From: Lytechinus pictus
Taxonomy: Eukaryota
Direction: 5' to 3'
Assembly (NCBI RefSeq): GCF_037042905.1
Contig: NC_087245.1
Span: 13,022,001-13,086,000, forward strand
Length of the DNA stretch: 64,000 bases
Below the pieces are notes generated by a model. The model saw only the letters and a program-made list of their open reading frames with translations. It did not search any database and had not been told where the DNA came from. Shown one piece after another: positions 1-11,480 of the stretch. Position 1 is the stretch's first letter, and each line of letters starts with the position of its first letter. The translations under genes were made by a program, and so were the position numbers.

Positions 1-1658
1 ACGCATTTGGGGCGCTTACCATGGTTAGCATCCAAATCAAAATGATCAGGGACATCAATGTTTTTTATGGTGGAGGGATTGAGCTGTGGGACGGGGGTGA
101 ATCGGCTTAAAAAAATCACAATTTTTTAATTCATGTCATTTTACAGAATGAATGTATAATAGGTTAGGTTTTAGAAGCTCTTCATCTCATTATCACTTCA
201 AAGGATAAAACCAATAATGAACTATAAGTTTCCTTGCCCGAAATGGAGGAAATAGAATGATATAGGATGAGAAATTACGTTAAGGCACCCCTTAAAAAAA
301 ACATGTTTGTTTGGCGTGTCCCGACAAACCCCTCTCAATCCTACAGACCTGGATTCTTTTATTCATGTGTGACCTACCCCCTCCCCCTAAAAAAATGTTA
401 TTTATTTTCCTACTTTTTCACCAATTTCTTTTTTGTTGTACTGTACTATTTAATTGAACGGTTAAAAAGATAGAGGCAAAACAGGATACAAATCTTTCAT
501 TATTTACTTGTAACTTTTGTTTTTGGTTGTGAAAAAAAAAAATGGTTAAAAAATGAGTAAAATGGAAGAACAAAAGAAGACACTGTTGATTGCGGATGCT
601 ACAATTTCATTAGATAAAAAATAATTTACTTTCTCTCATTGTGACGAATGGTAATCGGTAGCATGGTTATTTTGGAGGGAAATGGGAGATAGAAAAATGA
701 AACGTAGAACGAGACGAGGAGAGCGTTGGGAGGTATGATTTCAGACCCACTATTCGAGTCACATTTACCCGCTTCACTCTTTGAAATTGCAACATACAAT
801 CTTCAGGAACAATTTTTTTTTTATTACAACAGTGCTGCGTGGAAAAATAGACTGTAAAGAAAACTATAATTTATGAAAAGAAGATACTAAAGGCGATTTA
901 TAGTGAAACATTGAGGCCACCGTCTTGAAGCCCAGAAGCCAAAAGTCACAAAATAGTTGCGGACTTTCGTTGCGCAGTGTTAAATCATTATTATCGTACT
1001 TGCAAGGGAATATTCACCCTCTTTTATTCATTCTGGAAAATAAAAGTATTTGGTATGCTGTGATTTCACTCAAAACGGATTAACGTCGTAATTATACACT
1101 TTGCAATGATCTCTATACAAGAAGGTAAAGAGACCATTCATGAGTAGCGTGATAATAGGCAATGAAAAAAGCACTAGAGCAGATAACAAAGCGGTATTGA
1201 TCGAACCCGACCTGTCCGCGCATGCTGATTGCCCTTACGCATTTTTGTACATGGTGCCTATTGACTTGGGGGAAAGCGAAGATTTGACAAAATAACATGA
1301 CTTTTTCCTCGTAAATTTCTTAACTATTATGTTGATTTGAGAAGCGAAACCTTTATTTCTAGAAAGAAAAATTTCTGATCTTTCATCTTTACATTTACTA
1401 AAAATCCTGAAAATACATCAGTTTGGCGCAATTATCAGTTGATTCGGAAAACTCCGCGACAGATCCAAATACCTGTACCAGCGATGTACCAAAAACGGCT
1501 CCGCTGCAGGGAGAACTATCCGGATTCGCGGGCCTGCACCCAAAGGGTTATTCTTACGTTTTTGTATACGGTTTTGGAAAAAAATGCTTCCGTGGCCCCT
1601 GTGCTGTACGAATTGCGATTGAACGGATTTGTTATGTTCTGATATTCCAATCCCATAG

Positions 1659-1799
1659 GATGATAACACCTCAATAATGATAGACCATGATCTGCAGCAT
1701 AATACATCACTACATAACAGCAATAGAGAGATGGACAACCTACTGGCAACAGGGTCTGCAACAATCGCTAATCTCAGAGACCAAAGAGGAATGTTAAAG
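1659..1799 (+). CDS. GOSR2: Golgi SNAP receptor complex member 2 (membrin/GS27), penultimate coding exon; earlier exons were not found in this window
   Basis: AG acceptor at 1657-1658 and GT donor at 1800-1801; 141 nt, phase 0/0. Translates DDNTSIMIDHDLQHNTSLHNSNREMDNLLATGSATIANLRDQRGMLK, which matches the Qb-SNARE motif of GOSR2 as I recall it (human ...[37 protein letters not shown]). Confidence 0.93.
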
Positions 1800-2433
1800 G
1801 TGAAAACCCCATTGAGTGTCCCCAAACTATCATTAGAATGAGGAAAAATAGATTTTTACTGCACAAAGAGGAGAGTTGGACTTCTGTGATGTCCATCTTA
1901 AATCTTTGTTGCATTGCTGATGGGAGGATTGATTGATTCATTCATTTATTTCCACTGGAAAACCAAGAACATTTCATGTACAATTTCAATGAGGTTGAAA
2001 ATTAGCAAGAATATGCTAATAAAAAAGAAAAGAATTACAAACATTGAATATGTTGGAAAGAAGTGATCTGTATGAAGGCTAAATTCAAATGCTCATAACT
2101 GTCTTATAGTTTTCAAATTTTACTCAAATTTTGTTGATCTTATTCTGTTATTTTTTCTGTTATTTGTTCCTAGGGTTTCTTTCTCCTTTAAAAGAATATT
2201 GCAAGGATAATCCTGGCTTTGATATTCTGTACACATGGTCAGTATATTATTATTGGGTTACCATGTCCTTCAATAAAATGTCCAAACTTTTGCAAATAGT
2301 AGTTTACGACCTCATAACAAGGTAATTTTGATGGATCCAATGAACCAGGATTCCATTGTATCATCTACCAAACTGTAAGATGCCGGATGATAGTAAAGTA
2401 ATTGTCTCTTGAATGTTTCTCTCCTTCTTACAG

Positions 2434-2595
2434 GGAGCCCAAAAGAAGATGCTGGACGTGTCCAACATGTTAGGACTCAGCAACACTGTCATGAGACTCA
2501 TTGAAAAAAGAACTTTTCAGGATAAAATCATCCTATTTGGAGGAATGATCTTGACTCTTATCATCATGTATTACATCTACAAGTACTTTGGTTGA
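2434..2595 (+). CDS. GOSR2: GOSR2 last coding exon (end of SNARE motif plus C-terminal transmembrane anchor)
   Basis: Polypyrimidine tract and CAG acceptor at 2431-2433. Translates [53 protein letters not shown], containing the diagnostic [16 protein letters not shown] and a tail-anchor TM helix. In frame with the previous exon. Confidence 0.96.
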   Translation, partial: GAQKKMLDVSNMLGLSNTVMRLIEKRTFQDKIILFGGMILTLIIMYYIYKYFG

Positions 2596-2880
2596 CACAG
2601 CTCCATCCCATGAGGACATCCTGCTGACATCGATTCCTGGTACCTGCTATACCGGATTTGATTGAAATTATCGTTATCACCTGATGACCACCAATTTGAC
2701 AGGTTGAATGCTAAAACCAAAGCAGGATCATTTTCCAGTGAGCATGCTGCACATGAGCATTACAAAATGCATTGGTTTGGTGATCTCAGAACTCACAAGA
2801 GTTTGATTTTCAAACTTCTTCAACTTAATTTTGGATATAAACTATGTGAGTCTAATCAAGCTCATTGTAAGTCTGTCCTG

Positions 2881-3208
2881 TTGGGTGTTTCATAAAGCTG
2901 TTAGTAAGTTACATGAATAACTTTATGCACGACTGGTGACCCTTTCTCGTACTCAATGATATATCCCTGTGTAAATGACTTAGCACCTGAGAAAATGTTC
3001 CAGTCACGACTGGTGACCCTTTCTCGTACTCAATGATATATCCCTGTATTAATGACTTAGCACCTGAGAAAATGTTCCAGTCATGACTGGTGATCCTTTC
3101 TCGTACTCAATGATATATCCATGTGTAACTGACTTAGCAACTAAGAACATACTCCAGTCGTGCATAAAGTGGTGCGTAACTTTACGAATAGCATTATGAA
3201 ACACCCAT
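2881..3208. mobile_element. Harbinger/PIF-like MITE (GGGTGTTTCATAAAGCTG family) with a triplicated 77-bp core
   Basis: Inverted ends GGGTGTTTCATAAAGCTG...GCATTATGAAACACCC, with CTG on both flanks (2878-2880, 3209-3211). The 77-bp unit starts at 2928, 3005 and 3082. Related copies at 14071 and 33700. Confidence 0.75.
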
Positions 3209-3669
3209 CTGAATTCTTCTTGTGCCATTGAGATGAGGTAATGTCACAGATAATCACTCATAAAATGTTTAAGTATAACACTGACAGTTAGCTGTGCAAT
3301 GTCAAATTGCGTTTGTTGGTATTAGATTGAAAAGGGAGTTGCGAAACAGATGTGATGAATACTGGATAATGAAGACTGCTTGCTGTATTGCAGGTAGGGT
3401 GAATTGGAACAAGTCGTACCACAGAATGCAGAATCTTATTGGACAAAGGCATGATACTGCCTGCCTTGGATGGCGATTCTTAATTATATTTGCTCTCACC
3501 GCTCATCATCTAAAGTAATTGTATTAAAATTAATATTCCAATTTATTGCTATACAAACAATTTTATCACAAGTTCTGTGAAAGTTAGAAGAAAGAAAAGT
3601 CAAGTTATATGTGGGTTTTAGGGTCAAGGCAACGTTTGTGGCATGGATGCATCATGTCAAACCCTCACA

Positions 3670-3984
3670 CAGGGCCCTGGAAACATTTTTTTTACATGGG
3701 GTGCGGATGGAAATTTGACAAGCAAAAAAAAGGGTTTAACTGAAAAATTAAGGTCATTTTGGTCCCGAGAAACTTTACAAGCCCCCCCCCCCCCAAAAAA
3801 AAAGGGTTCACCACAAAAGGAAGGTCATTTTGGTCCCGAAAAATTTGACAAGCAAAAAAAAAAGGGGGTTTCTATATAAAATGTAGGTAATTTTGGTAAC
3901 ATTTCTCCATTCCGTCGCACCTTCCAGATTGGGTGCTCCCTGTGGAGAATAATACGCACAGCACCCCCGCTTCCCAGGGCCATG
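3670..3984. mobile_element. Short TIR element with CAGGGCCC ends (hAT-like, tentative); partial relative at about 56083-56190
   Basis: Left end CAGGGCCCTGGAAAC, right end GCTTCCCAGGGCCATG. Internal repeats aaatttgacaagcaaaaaaa and aaggtcattttggtcccga. TSD is not clear. Confidence 0.5.
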
Positions 3985-5470
3985 CCTTCAAGGTGATTCT
4001 TGGAATATTATACATTGTCATAGGTTTTCCTGGGTTGTTCCACAAATAACTTGTCTGATCGATAGTTTCTTCAGTTGGCCGATACAGAACTGTCATATTG
4101 CTGGAGCTTATGTGTGCTGAGTGATACCACTCTCTCATGATTCTTTCTTGTTATGTTAACAACATGTATCAATACATGTGATTCATGGTTAACAAGAAGA
4201 AAGATGAATTCTTCTCCTGATGGGTTGTGGTATTCCTTAATATTGCAAGTTGTTGGAAAAACTGTTCATAGATGTCCTTATACCCTGTCACCTGTCTGTA
4301 GACATACTTCTCCAAAACCAGGTTGAACACTGGAAGAAATTGTTGCTTGATATTAACTTGTTGAAAGAAAAGAACGGAATTATCATTTGTCTACTTCCAG
4401 AGACACAAATGTGTCCTTTCTTCAGAGTATGAGCTTTGAATTTATTGTGACATCTATTGATGTTTGTGCAGAATAAAGTGATATTTTTTATTTGTACAAA
4501 CAGTCACAGGAATTTTATCCCCATTGAATTAGGAGATTTGCTTTCGTTTTCCTCATTGCAACTCAGTCCCTTAACTTTTGTATGGTATACTGGTATAGTC
4601 ACAAAAACATTTCTCCTGAATCTTGAATATAAATAAATCTTGAATCTTCAAGGTATGAGATTGAGTCCCTTTTCCTCCTAGTAATGACAACTTTTCTTGG
4701 TTTTGTACTGTACTGTACTTATTCCCATTTGAAGAACATTCCATAGTGTATCCATGGGCAGCAAAGCCTGTACAAAACACTGTTGTATCTGTCAACCATT
4801 GTATGATGTGTTTGGACCATTGAAGGCAGTTGCTCTTATGACCCTATTTACTAGTTGCCCATTTCTCTATTCTGGAAACGATTCTTACTCAGTATACCAT
4901 TCTCAAACAATGAATTATGAATTGCAATATAAAATGCCTCTTAATCTAAGTTTAGGCAAGATATCTGACTTTGTATGGAGACAGTTCAGAGCAAAAATGG
5001 CCAGCTGATTAGAAATAATGGTCACTTCTATTTTGTGTCTATGAAACACAGCATATTACTTGATACTTAATGAGATAATTCCTCTTGCAGCTCTAAAAAG
5101 CTTAACTGGAATGAACTTTGCAATATTGAAAGATTGGTGTCATATAGTGAAGATCTCTATTTTACAATAAAAGAAGAGTGCGTTGTGCAAGTGAAAACCT
5201 GGATACATCAACAAGAGATCTGATTGGAGGCTGCAAATTTCTAATAATGGGAAGCGCAGCCTCTTTGAATGCTATAAAGCTTCGCCAGGTAGGTGGTTCC
5301 ATGTTCGGATTGTCCTTGGGAAGGACAGTCAAAATCTTCACATCTTCTCAAAATATTGAAAAGATGTGTTCTGAAGAAACCTCTTCTTAGCAAATCTAAG
5401 AAATATTTTCAGACTAAGTGCAACTCTCCTCATGTGTTCTCTTTAGACGTTCAAGCACATTGTCTCCATG
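3985..5470 (-). pseudogene. Decayed pogo/Tigger-type (DDE_1, CENP-B-like) transposase
   Basis: Minus-strand fragments occur in the expected order across frameshifts: LSPYKVRYLA, RATAFNGPN (~4836-4810), LWNVLQMGISTVQ/KPRKVV (~4746-4685), SEER (4426-4415), VSGSRQMIIPFF, FLLVNHESHV (NHESH 4190-4176), STHKLQQYD, WNNPGKPMTMYNIP (~4042-4000). These resemble pogo motifs (RATSFN, IWNVDETG, SAERG, LDNHESH, SHKLQPLD, NPGKPMTIYDIP). The upstream boundary is approximate. Confidence 0.8.
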
Positions 5471-5523
5471 TGTCAGCTATTGGAAGACCTAGAGCTCATG
5501 TCATAGAGGAATATGATTATGGC

Positions 5524-5613
5524 AACTGTGTCTTATGGTAAGTACTATGGTAACATGGCTCAACAGCTAATCATGATCACCGTTTCCATGGTAGTTACCA
5601 TAAGAGCAAAGTT
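5524..5613. repeat. ~90-bp foldback repeat with GGTAAC/GTTTCCATGG arms; family copy at 7031-7118, diverged relatives at ~14990-15110 and ~22830-22935
   Basis: Left arm aactgtgtcttatggtaagtactatggtaac is the near reverse complement of right arm gtttccatggtagttaccataagagcaaagtt. Confidence 0.55.
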
Positions 5614-6340
5614 CCCTTAATCCATTTTTTCCGAGTTTTTTTTATGAACAGGCCACAATAAATGGTTCGTACAGTCTTGTAAGATTTACAAATTACTTGA
5701 TTTCAAACTGCCAGTGGAAATATCTGCTTAGATTACATTCTTCATCAAAGGACGTTTGATTTGCTTTTGCTCTTGTTATTCATTCTACTTGAGTAAATAC
5801 ACTTCATCATAAATATGAAATACACAACAAACTGATTGGACATGGGAAATTTATAAAGTTACTTGTATTGATAACATGTTTTTCTTAATTAAACTGAATC
5901 ACATTGTAAAAATGAATGACATTGCAACTCATCCTTGGAACTGTTGTATTCTTAGAACTCAGTACTCAAGAAAATATATCTTCTATGACTGGTTTGTAAA
6001 CTTTACATTCAAAGGGTCTTGAACCTTTATTCCTCATATATATACTATATATATTGTTTCTGTGAAAAAGTAATTTGTCATTTGATCTTATACAATTAGT
6101 CAGACACAACTTACAGTGTTTGTTCAGTGTACAATTGTCTCTTATTTCCTGACATATTTAAATGTTGATTATAATAATAGTCACCACTACACGTTTAATG
6201 ATGTGTGTTTTTTGTAGTATGTTTTGCTCCATATTTTTTCTGTAAGTGTCCATAAAAATACAAAATAGACCAGTTCTTGGTTTTTTTGATTTTTGATTTG
6301 ATTTTAGCTGAAATTTCTTGTCTTCCTATGTATTTTCCTT

Positions 6341-6403
6341 AAGCGCTTAGAGACATTCTTTGTGATAAGCGCTATATAAATGATGTTAATTATTATTATT
6401 ATT
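6341..6403 (+). mobile_element. 3' end of an L2/CR1-type LINE or LINE-tailed SINE
   Basis: aagcgcttagag...aagcgctatataaat followed by an (ATT)n tail. The aagcgcttag motif also ends the SINE at 56903. Confidence 0.5.
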
Positions 6404-8331
6404 GGTTCCATGAACAGAAAAAGGTATAATGATATTCAATGACATAAGCACCAACTTTGATATTTTGATTACCATATATTTTGTGGAAGTGTGCTTTTCA
6501 TTAGATCCACTTGAAAACAACACTGCATCCATTAGCAACTGGTATTTAGCAGCTGGCCAAGTATATTGCAATAGTAGCATTGCTATGCATTCAAAGTAGA
6601 AATGGAACAGATACCTTAATAAAGTGTTCATTGAGGTAACTACAAACTGGCATATTGGCTAAAACTGTGTATGTTGGTAACAGTATGAGAGCCCTTTGCT
6701 GTATGGATATGCCAATTAGGATTACATCTGTTACAACATGAACGTCAGTAGTATTTTTTTTCAGGCAAGTAGACTCACAACAGGAATATTTGTCTTTATG
6801 CGGCTTGTGGATTGATTGACTCGTTCAATAGAGAAGAGATCAAAGTCTTTTGTTTATTTTTTTTACATCTAGTTTGACCCATAGAACATCGCTATCACCC
6901 TACACACCTAAATCATAGACAAATTTTAGATGGCTATGTTGCACATGGAACTAGTTGGCTTAACTCTACAAGAAGGTCTCTGTGCCACACTTGCTGCCCT
7001 TTTTATAAATAGAAGACTTAGGATTGTGCCAACTTTGTCATTATGGTAACTACCGTGGTAACAGGGCTCGGCAGCCAAACAGAATCGAGGTTTCCATAGT
7101 TATCATGATAGCAAAGTTACAATAATGATAAGTCATAAAACTGGCCATTGGTCCCTTTATAATCGAGATTTGCCAGTCTGGTTCAATCTGATGGTTACTG
7201 CATCTTGAATGCTTTCCCAATGTACAAAATATGAGGTTCATAACAGTAGAACATACCGATAGGTCTTGTGTTGGTTGTGGTCACCTCTCATCAAGGCTCT
7301 TAGCCGAAGAGGTAACACTGCCCTCTATACCTAAATACCATACATTGGAGAGCATTCCATCGTTTGAAGTTGAAAGTGAGATGATGATATGGCACTGTCT
7401 TCTTGATTGATAAATAAAACATGTATCTACTACAATAAACAATTGAATGTCCAACATTGCCATTGTTTAGGTCAATATAAACCGGGGGGGGGGGGGCTGA
7501 AACAGAAGTGTAGTTATAATATAGATATAAGTTGATTACAGAATATAATAATATACACGTATGTATTTGTCAAATATTGATTATTGTTATGACACAGGGA
7601 AAGGGATAAATTATATATTAAATTACTTTGTGTATGATATAACATTGTATAACTCATAAGTACTCGTTTGTTCTACATTAGTAAGTACACCTTCATGGTT
7701 AGTGAAGCGGTGGAGAAAGAAAGGTAGAGGGGGGTGGACAGGAATAAGAAAGGAAGAGTGAGAGAGAGAGGGGGGAGGTGCTTGGAATGAGAGAAAAGAA
7801 TCGATAAAATAAGCCAACGATTATTTCCCCATTTTTATCGTCTGTGTTGAATCTATTTTGAAGTAAAATGTGGGAAGCAAAATAGCAAATGGCAACCTCT
7901 ATTGATACCACTGATTTTTCAATTATTCAAGGATGAAGCAGTTTTTAAGTCGGATGATATTGACCTACAATAGTTGGCTTGAAAGCTTCCCTGATTTCGC
8001 AAATCCATTTGGCCGTTCGGTTTTCATTTGGTAATTACTAATAAGGATGTGAGAGGGAAACGTTCCGGTCAAAGATGTAATAAATATTGAAATTAAGAAG
8101 CACTTTCTCTGAGACACCTCAGGCAGGACATGTCACAGTGCCAAAATTGACCGTTGGCAGCTTCTCTTTGTGGTCCCTGAACATACATGTATTGTACGTT
8201 TTATCTTTATAATTATGATACAAATTATAGCGTATTTGGCAATTGTTCTCCACCCAAAGTATCTTATGAGGAAGAAAAAAAATATATAAACCAAGCGATA
8301 ATGAAAGTAGTAGTAGAAATGATTCTAAAAG

Positions 8332-8397
8332 TGATGATGATGATGGTGATGATGATGAACATCATCGTCATCATTATCGACATCATCACCATCATCA
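8332..8397. repeat. (GAT)n directly followed by (CAT)n microsatellite (self-complementary)
   Basis: gatgatgatgatggtgatgatgatg-aa-catcatcgtcatcattatcgacatcatcaccatcatc, read directly. Confidence 0.8.
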
Positions 8398-11217
8398 AGG
8401 GTTCTTGCGATTTTAAAACATTGGTATTTAGTCTGTGATATAGACCACATGCTCTTCCACATATTCCTTTTCACGACTGGAACTTAAGCGAGAAAACTTG
8501 GAAGAAGGTGCATGATTTCCATACCTCTGAAATACAATGGTTTCTTCAAGTATAATCCATGGAAATACCGACCTCTAATTAAGACCATTCGCGTTTTGGG
8601 CGGGAATGAAGTGTATGGGCGTATTCTCTTGTATATATCCGGGCGAAAGGCTTATCTTTAAGAGAAGGAAAAATTGGGGAAATGAGTCTTAATTCTAAAG
8701 GGCCAGTTGGAAAGGAAGGATCGATTTTAGAAAAAGTCCAACAAGGGCAAAAAAAGGTGATAAGTAGGTTGGCAAACGAATTCTTCTCTTCTGTCATACT
8801 GGTGTGAATATCACTGATCATGAACAATTATTTTGAGAGGTGAAATTCAGAATAATCATTGCCATCGCATGCTAATGCATAATTGAGAAGTATTTTGCTC
8901 TTCTTTCAGATATATTTGATAGAGGTGATCAGAGAAAGATGGATATAAGGAGAATATATATAACGAGATTGATGGATGGAGATGGAGAAAGAGAGAGAGA
9001 GAGAGAAATATACGGACAGACTGATGGAAAGGCGGAAGTAGTATTTTAAATGATTTCTTAAATTTGATCAAATTAAACTGTCGAAAAAGTATGTTTTAAA
9101 TTTTAAAATGTACAATACATAGTAGCGTCACGAAAGACGTCGGTCGCCAGTCGGTCTGCCAGATTTCATTTCCACACCCTTATATACTAAATCATTTTCT
9201 TACTTTATGAGACGTGTGGTTATTTAGGTTTCATATTTATGATAATTTCTTGGATGATTGTGGTCAGTAGTTAAACCTTGTTGTATTGTGATAGCGCAAA
9301 TCTACGACATTTGTTTCAAAGCCATCAAAATGAATACCGAGGCGGTATATTTCTAACATTAACAACTGTATATATACTTATATTTGTAATCATTTTTTTT
9401 TATTCTTAAAGAAATGATTCAAGTTTGATATTTGATGAAGAGCTATACGAGTTCGCCTATTTTACCTGGCATAGTGCGTCAGCCTTCGGTAGCTGTGCTT
9501 GATGGTATCTCTGTGGCGTCAGCTTGCAGAAACGCCCCACCCCCTCGCTCTCCCCTCCCGTTCCATTGCCCTCTGATCTGGTCATTTGACAAGGGGGGGG
9601 GGGTGTCTGCCCCTGCCAATGTTGGGTATTCTAGAGATTCATACAAATTCTCATCCAAAAATAAGTTGGATTTCATCGTTATAGTAAAGTGAAAAAAAAT
9701 CAGTCTTTGAGAAAAAAAGAATAAGTCCATGGATATAACACGTGAGGAAATAAAGATTTATAAAACGCACATATCAGTCAATAATGAACACTCAATGCGC
9801 ACAGTCAATATTGGACAACATATACAATACAGAAAATAAGATAAATAAAACATATTAATTTAACGAATTGATTGACAAGAAGAGTAAGCTTGTGATTTTA
9901 TCCGCTCACAATTTTCTTCCGAATCAATACAAAACTTAGGATAACATTGATATTTTCATCCAGTTGCAATAAAAATGTACCGCATTGTTTCTTTCATTCT
10001 ACTTTATTCATTTAAGACAACTAATTTCTGTGTGTCCTATAACCCGAGACTGCAGTGTATGAGGCCCCCACTTCAAAAGAAGAAGAAAAAAAAAACGATC
10101 AACGGTCATTATCAATGGTCATTTATGACATCCGGTTATGATTCAACTAAAAAGACGTTTTTATTCTTGATAATTTATTGAAAATGGATGTTTGTATTGT
10201 AAGTTATTGTTTGTTTATCGTATTAGGAAGCACCGGTAATTGATGCGGGACATATTATTATACTATGCGTTTCAGTTGGTAAGAAGATGTCAGAATTTAC
10301 AACCGTGTAAATCTCCATCACTCTGTTTAAAAGTCAGATATCATTCTGTCATCTTCATTTGGTGTTTTCATATTGTCTCCTCATCGTAAATCTGAGTTCC
10401 TATACTTTATTTCATTTTCAGCCGACAACCGTATACTTCAAACTTAAAGTGCCACACCACCATGTTGTAATTGATAAGTAAATCAGGGGCTGGTTAAGGG
10501 GATTTGTAATCCAATCGTAACAAAATTCAGATTATTTCTGTTTAAAAGTTAAAAAAAAAAAAAAGGAGATTTAATTAACCTCTTCATGAATGTTGATCTG
10601 ACTGATTTAGTTTTTCCTTTTTTCTTCTTTATTTCATGTAGATTATGTCTAGCAGTCTCTTTAATTGATAATGAGGCTTTCGAACATTCATTAAACAAAA
10701 TTTGTGTGTTAAGTGTTTTGACAAAGTTTGTGATATTTATATACCATCCAGAATATTTTTCAAACATCTTTTTTTAATTAGAAAGCTTAATTTGGAGAGA
10801 GTCCCTCGATTTTCTGTAAATAAAAGAGCCATATGACTCTGAATAAAATATCCATCCGTATTTTTTTTGGGGGGGTAAGTTATGATAACACTAGGCATTA
10901 TTTCAAGGGGGTAGCAGGTCGTGTACTCCTCTGCACATCGAGCTTGCCTCACTGAGTATACATTAACCCACATACCCTCCCTGACTTCTGTTTAAATCTA
11001 GAGTTCTAGACCATAATAATTATTCTCTTGTCTGACTTGTCATCTCTTATTTCCCTTTCCCCGTATCTACATCGTAAATATCTAGGTAATTGCGATCAGT
11101 GTTCCACAGGAATACATGGTTCACATTACTTTTGGCATCTATACACCTCAATTCCAAGGGGAACAACGTTGCATGCAGTTCTAACTTTTTTATACTCCGT
11201 CATCGCTGTTAACTTTA

Positions 11218-11480
11218 AGGTCATGTCACAACTCTGCTGTTTAACGATAGCCTTTGCCTCCGTCCGACAAAACTTTAGACGGCCTCAAATTCGAATTTTC
11301 TTGCCATGAACGGTGAATAAACATGATAAAGAACACCATATGTCAATCGGTCTGTCTATAAACGAGATGAAAACGAATTTAAAAATCGAATATACCATAG
11401 ACCTACTTTGAATAAAACCTTCTCCGTGTTCACGTTTGTTTCTCATGCAGTTTCGTTAGACGGTATATGTGACAGGGCCT
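11218..11480. mobile_element. Degenerate short TIR element (Harbinger-like ends, tentative)
   Basis: AGGTCATGTCACA at the left end and TGTGACAGGGCCT at the right end are imperfect inverted repeats. Confidence 0.35.

Noticed and set aside
280..560. Left end of a TIR transposon (TAAGGCACCCC...AAAAACATGTTTG)
   Set aside because: No matching right end or TSD found in the window, so it could not be delimited.
680..740. Possible additional upstream GOSR2 exon (purine-rich stretch ending in GTATG)
   Set aside because: The translation I read does not resemble the expected ...REELLSRTFTTN segment, and there is no good acceptor.
1418..1825. 135-aa antisense ORF and overlapping short ORFs
   Set aside because: They overlap the GOSR2 exon and a GC-richer intronic patch, and I recognise no protein in them.
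2928..3158. CRISPR-like array with palindromic repeats
   Set aside because: The sequences between the palindromes are near-identical, so this is a tandem triplication inside a MITE.
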